Assembly (NCBI GenBank): GCA_036172245.1
Contig: JAYWIR010000012.1
Span: 372,001 to 436,000 of the forward strand
From: Raillietiella orientalis
Lineage: Eukaryota
DNA length: 64,000 bases
Direction: 5' to 3'
Shown one piece after another: positions 58,531 through 64,000 of this stretch (positions within the stretch are counted from its first letter, which is position 1; every line of letters starts with the position of its first letter). Below the pieces are notes generated by a model, which made no database searches, had not been told where the DNA came from, and saw only the letters and a list, made by a program, of their open reading frames with translations. Position numbers and translations under genes: made by a program.

Positions 58531-59649
58531 TCGCCTGCCTTGCAGCTGTTGCTACCGACATTCTTGCCGATCGCCTGCTGGTCTTTCCGTCTTCCCCTCC
58601 TGCATCCTCCATCGACCGCGTCCTGTGCGTAGGCGGCTCGCACTCTCAACCCCGCGTTTGAGACGGGACTCCGGACCCAGTGCCGGCCGGGTTGACCAAG
58701 AGCAACCTGGTGGTGGTGTGGGCTAGGGAGCTCCCCAGGTCTCTTCGGCCGCGCACTCCCGAAGATCCGAGACCTTCCCCTTCAAGATTCCTGCCCCGAA
58801 GCGGTCAAGGAGAAGGCAAGGAGCGAAAATCGCCTCCCTGTCAAGTTCGAAAGTTGCTCCGGGATGCGATCCTAGCGGCACTCCCAGCACGCACCTGAAG
58901 CCCGAAGGAACTCTTCGGCTGGTAAAGTCCGTCGCTGCATCGTCAGGCTCGCCTGCCACCGCACCTCGGAGCCTGCTGCCTGCGTCCCGTCTCCCTGGAA
59001 AGACTCACTGCCCTGCCGATGGGAAGATCTACAAAGATGAACCGAGTTCACCACCCATGCTGTCTGCTTTGCCTGCCGTGTGGTCCGTCGGCGACGAGAT
59101 TCGCGATGCTCTTCCGTTCAAGGGAGGCGCAGGCGGCGTCTACGGCTGGAGAGCTGCGTCATCTGACGAGGGACGGGGTGCAGAAGGACGAGCGCCTAGA
59201 GGAAAGATCTCTCCTGGTACGCCCACCTGCCAGGGCTGGAGAGAAACCCACCTCAGCGCGGCCGAGCCTCTCTTCTGGTGCGGAAGGCGGCTGACCGCTG
59301 GCGCATGCAGCTCCGGCAGGACGCGCGTCTTCTCTTGCGGGGCAACCTGAGCGCGTTTCCATGGATTCGAAGGTGTGCTCGCCATCGTGGCATCACAAGC
59401 CATTCACTCAAGTGTTCCCCGGTGAAGGCATTCCCTTGCATTCGTTGGGCTCGGAGAGCGCTCGTCCGTCGAATGGGGATCCACCGCGGTTGCTTCGAAA
59501 TCACGGCTCGGAAGGCAACAAGAATCGATGTGCCCAACGACCAAGAACGAATGTGCGGCTTCCTCGAAAAGTGGACAATCCTCACTCGAGCTCGGCCGCG
59601 TTCGCTGGACCATTTAAGGGATTTTCAATTGCAGCAGTCCTCTGCACAC

Positions 59650-59820
59650 GTGTATAGGCGTAGGTGTGGATGCAGTTATTGTTGCGGAAGTGCACGTGGA
59701 TGCTGGCGAAGACGCGGGAAAAGTAGTTGATGTAGGTAGACTTGTGGATGCAAATGTGGGTGAGGACGTGGAAGTAGATCTGGCTTCACACAGATGCAGA
59801 TGTAGTTATAGATGGACAGA
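59650..59820. repeat. Degenerate hexanucleotide (GATGTA/GATGTG)n repeat
   Basis: gtggatgcag/gtagatgt/gatgcagatgtag units. Translates to a VD-rich shadow ORF. Confidence 0.7.
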
Positions 59821-60229
59821 TTTCATAATATTGCATGTTGTCACGGTAACTCTTGATATTAGACGTGGTCTCGTTGGTCCACAGCCTGTGGCTCGTAGCT
59901 AATAAATACGAGATGATGAAAGGTCAGCAGATCTCTGCACCCCATTGGTTGCGAACGCGACGAACTGGTCGAAAATGGAGGAGTTCTGGACCCCACGTGC
60001 TCCGCGAAAGAGTGGCTCGTCGCGGGCCGCTGTCTGCGCAGCAGCTTCAGCTGCCCGCTCCGCTCCGCGCTTGTCGGTTCTCGTGGTTACGGGCGAGCGA
60101 GAGGCGCGAAGGGCGCCGGACGGTCCGGACTGTAGTGGGAGGGGCTCGCTCTTGGGTTGGCGATGGGGGGCACGCGCGTGCGCTCCCGAGTAGCCATCGC
60201 GCGGACGGGAGAGCTCCGCGTTTGCCTGG

Positions 60230-60430
60230 CAGGAGCGACCGCGCTCGCAGCGCTTCGGGCGGCCGCAGAGGACTTTTTTAATGCCCATCGCTCTCATCGT
60301 CTGCTGGAGGTGATCAGTTTAGCGGCTCACCAGCTGATCAAAGGATGGATTGCCCGATTATTTAGGGGAGCGTTTCCATCGCAAACACTTTTTATTATCG
60401 GGCAGGCGAAGCCTCGAACGACAGGAACGG
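60230..60430 (+). mobile_element. Decayed non-LTR RT remnant
   Basis: DFFNAHRSHRLL (AF..V.H..LL) and GWIA/DYLGER across a frameshift (WI.DYL..R). Confidence 0.35.
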
Positions 60431-61219
60431 GAAATCCCGTTTCCCCGACTCCCAAGATCGAAAAAAAAAAATTTTTTTCGGTCCTCGAACCGTTCCTTCG
60501 GGGAGCGGAGAGTCTGGGAACGAGTTCCGAGGGAAATGACTTTCGATCGCAGCTCGGAGCTTTCCTCGGGAGGAATCAGATTTCGGGATTGGCGGGACAG
60601 CGAGCGCGGAGCCAGGCGACTTCTTCGGAAGAGTTTCGGGTTGCCCCAGGCGATCCGGGAATTCTTTCAGGGAGGCTCACCGGAGCTGTCGACCTGGTCG
60701 AGAATCCTCGAGAAACGCGCATCCCGTCTCCCGTCGCGAGAATGCCCGGAAGATCCTTTTCGAATGAAGCGCCGGAAGGCGCTGGCAATCCCGGCACCTG
60801 GGGTCTGCGTCCAGCTTGGTCAGAACCTCGGAACGATTCTTTGGCCCCTGCTCGGCACGCTCCGGTGCAATGGAGCAGCGCCATCTGGCCCTGTTCATGC
60901 GCTCTATGCCCTCGAGGAGGAAGCGGAGGAGGTGCAGGATGATCGCTGGATGGAAGAGGATGTGATCCGAAGAGGAGGAGGGGAGGAGGACTCCAGCTCG
61001 CAGGCGCGCGACAGGAACGGGACGTCAGCTGGGGCGAGTCCCTTTGAACGACACCTGCGGACGACCTCGGAAACGGCGTCTCCGGCTAATATAGAGCACG
61101 ACGTACTAACCCTGGACTGGGAGGGAACGGAGAGTGACCTAGAGCAGCAGAGCAGTTCGAGATCGACCATGGCGACAGACCATAGCAATCAGATAAATTT
61201 CCTGACTTTTGCAAACTAG

Positions 61220-61500
61220 CTGTGGGAAGACAGAGAAGAGGAGGGAATGGGGATCGAGACAGCAAAAGGTGGACAGAAAGTTGGGAATGAGACAAAAATA
61301 TGGACAGAGGGAGGGAGACTGAGGCAGGAAAAGGTAGACACAGAGAAAAGGGAAGTGAGATAGCAAGAGGTGAACTGAGAGAGAAAGAGTGAGGCAGGAA
61401 AAGGCGAGCAGAGAGTGAGGGAATAAGATGACAGAATAAGATGGATAGAAAGTGAGAAAACTGAAAAAGAAAAAGGTGGACAGAGACTAGGAAGATCGAT
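61220..61500. repeat. Degenerate GA/GACA-rich low-complexity tract
   Basis: gacagaga/gagaaa units. Confidence 0.8.
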
Positions 61501-63049
61501 TCGGATTTTCGCTCTCGTTTTGTACAGGAACAAAGACAAGAGTTAGGCTCAGGTTCGTGTGGAACGAGAACGCCGCGGAGTTCCTGAAGAAGACGATGCC
61601 TGGCGAGGAAGCGCAAGGCATGACCTGCAGCCTCTCGGAATGGCAATAAAGAATCGTCCAGCAACGGATGCGCGCGTTCCGCGTTTCGGATGCTGGACTT
61701 CGTTCCAAACGGGGGCGAAAGTCTCTTCGAAGACTTTCGCCTGCAGAAGGAGATGCGTTTCGAGCGAGTCGAGCGCCCATCCCGTCAGACAGCTGCTCCT
61801 CTGCTGAGGCTTTCGGGAGAGCAAGCGCACACGCACCCTTCTCCCTCCATCAGCGTCGCGGCAGGAGAAGAACCGCAGCAGCGTCTCCGAGAACTGCTGC
61901 TGTGACTCTCCTGCGCTCCGCGCCGCTCGGCGAGGAGGCGGCGAGCGCCGGCGGGATGGCACCCCGCTCTCGGATTCAGCGGGGTTCCGCGGGGCCATCA
62001 GCCTGGTTCCAGTCTTTCGCGCACCCGTGCGGAACGGACCCGCGGGCGAGCCGGTTCGCGGCTTCCCGCACGAGGTCACGTGCTTGTGGAATGGTCACGT
62101 CTCCTCGCGTGTTTGCCGATTCTCCGGGATCGTGAGAAAAGGAAGAAAAAAAAAGACCTCAGGTTGTTTATCGACGGATAGCGGCGACCGCGGCAGCGTT
62201 CCAGTTCCGCGAGCCACCGACTGCCGCCGCCACTGCCCGCAGAGGCGTGGGGAAGAATCGAAGGCGTCACGCCCGGGATTTTCTCGGCTCCTCCAGTGAG
62301 ATTCCGGTCCAAGGAGCACCTCCTGCCGCTACTGGCGTAGGATCTCTCTTTATCTTCCGGTCCGGGAAAAATTACGTTGGCTGCGGAGGTGGAGGGACGT
62401 GCGCGCGCGCGGTACGGGGTCCAGAGTTGCCGAGATGCTCGAGGTCCAGTCCTAAGCATCGAGGCCGCGTTCCTTCGGCGCTGGCGACGACGGTCCGCAG
62501 CGAAGATCCCGCGCCTGCGGACTCCCGAGGCGGCCGACCGTCGCCGCCGGCTCTGCTCCTGCGCTCGACGCCACCGATCCCTCCCTCCTGAGGCGGGCAG
62601 CTCGCAGAAGCTCCATTGCTGGTCCGGAGGGCCGCCGAACTCCCCAGAAGGAAAACGCGGAGGAGAAACGCGTCTCCAGACGGCTCCACGGCGTGTCCCG
62701 AACGCATCCTTCCTAGCCTCCCCCCCAGAGTTCCCATTACAGTTGAGATTCGGCTCCTCTCCTCCCAGATTTCTTTCGCTCACTCTGTCCGACCCGGCAG
62801 CGCGTGCCTCCGCCAAACGACGACCCCCTGTGTGTCACACGCGGTAGCGAACTCGCGTCCGCCGCTATGTTCTCGGGAAAGCTTGAGGAGCGCGCGGCGC
62901 CTCTCCCGGGATGGAAATGACTACTCGTCCCGAACTACTCCCTGCCTTTTGCGTTTCGCTGCAGGAAGGGGAGTGGCCAGCGCTCCTGACTCCCGCCCTC
63001 GCGGAGGTCTTCCATTTGAATCCTGAGAGGAGACTTCACGTGTGAAGCC

Positions 63050-63500
63050 TCCAGGACTGCAGGGTGTCCGGCCACGAGTCTCCATGAAAGTCACTGGAAT
63101 GGACACTTGGAATGATTCGCTCGCAAAGAGCTCCCTCCGCATTCTCATCCTTTCTTATTTCTTTAACGAAGGGAAGAGGGGATTTGCCCACCGGCCCAGA
63201 CGGCATCAACACGTCGGCCGAAAACGCAATCCAAAGACTCGACAAGTTGGCGCAGTCACATCTCTTGGCTTGGGGTTTCGTGTGCAGAGTTTCCTTTAAG
63301 TACTTTGAGAAACGGTGATACACATTGCGCCTGCTTGCATCCCTCTTTGGATAGCGGAGGAGACACCAGCTGAGGCGCTTCATAGTGCCCGCTAGCGTTC
63401 TTTCTTGGGCTGCAGCTCCACTCCTCCGCTTCGCGCAAATTCGCCATCGGACGGGCGGTGGGCGGAGATAGGCGTTTTGTTGGCGTCCGCCCGTCTCTTC
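63050..63500 (-). mobile_element. Decayed CR1-like reverse transcriptase remnant
   Basis: VYHRFSKYLKETLHTKPQAK (VY.DFSKAFD.V.H.KL..K), LWIAFSAD (WI..FL.D) and FHGDSWP (PQGS.LGP) in order. Confidence 0.5.
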
Positions 63501-64000
63501 CGAGTTCCCCACGGCAGACTCTCGGCTGCCGGAAGCAGCACCTTCCAGGGAAAGAACGGTGGGGGATGCAACCATCCGGGTTCGCGCGAGACTGGGCGAC
63601 GGCGGAGGCAGAGAACGCAGCCATCCCACGCGCGCCGGCGGGACGAGCCGAGCTGCGCACTCAAGCGCACCCGCGTATGCCGCGCGTTCCTGTCGAGATG
63701 CAATTATGAGCCCGCAGCGCCCGGTTCCTGCCCGAGGACCGGCAGGTGCGCTGGCGGCGGCGAGCGCCTGCTCACTCCATTCTTCTTACGGCGCGGTGTG
63801 AAGTTTATGGTCACTAAACGGCTGGGCGTTAATGAGATACTCTTTTACGACAAGAGGAGGCGGCGGCGCGGCTCCATTGCGTCGGCGACCTCTCTCGGCC
63901 CGCGAAGGAGGCGCACGCGGTGCTCCCGGGCCGAGCGCTGCCGAGTCCGGCAGTTCCGCCCTCCTCTGCGGGCATCTCAGAAGCAGGGAAAGGGCCTCAA

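Overview
This is eukaryotic, almost certainly animal, non-coding DNA. It is GC-rich (about 60% by eye, not computed), shows no obvious CpG depletion, and is densely packed with decayed retroelements and simple repeats. I cannot support any intact host protein-coding gene, rRNA, intact tRNA or CRISPR array. The many ORFs in the track are GC-rich shadow frames or frameshifted transposon remnants. Two interspersed families dominate. (1) A long (~700 bp) tRNA-headed SINE-like element, about 12 copies or fragments, with a B-box GGTTCGAATCC and a body built from repeated C-TTCG-G hairpin modules. (2) 5'-truncated copies of an L1/Tx1-like LINE, about 10 copies, recognisable by a CxxC..E..HLL..C zinc finger, a conserved C-terminus and a structured 3' end. 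The two families are nested in each other: a LINE inside a SINE with an exact 10-bp target-site duplication (TSD), and a SINE inside a LINE with a 9/10 TSD. The LINE copies form head-to-tail clusters and most often end just before CC(T/A), which hints at target preference. Also present are Ty3/gypsy pol remnants (integrase in the opposite orientation to the RT/RNase H and flanked by inverted SINEs), many CR1/L2/RTE/I-like RT fragments, microsatellites including a degenerate (AACCT)n tract, a perfect 22-bp palindrome, a CpG-island-like block at ~52.9-55.7 kb and several AT-richer islands that may be regulatory. All family assignments are by-eye motif recognition, and element boundaries are approximate unless TSDs are quoted.
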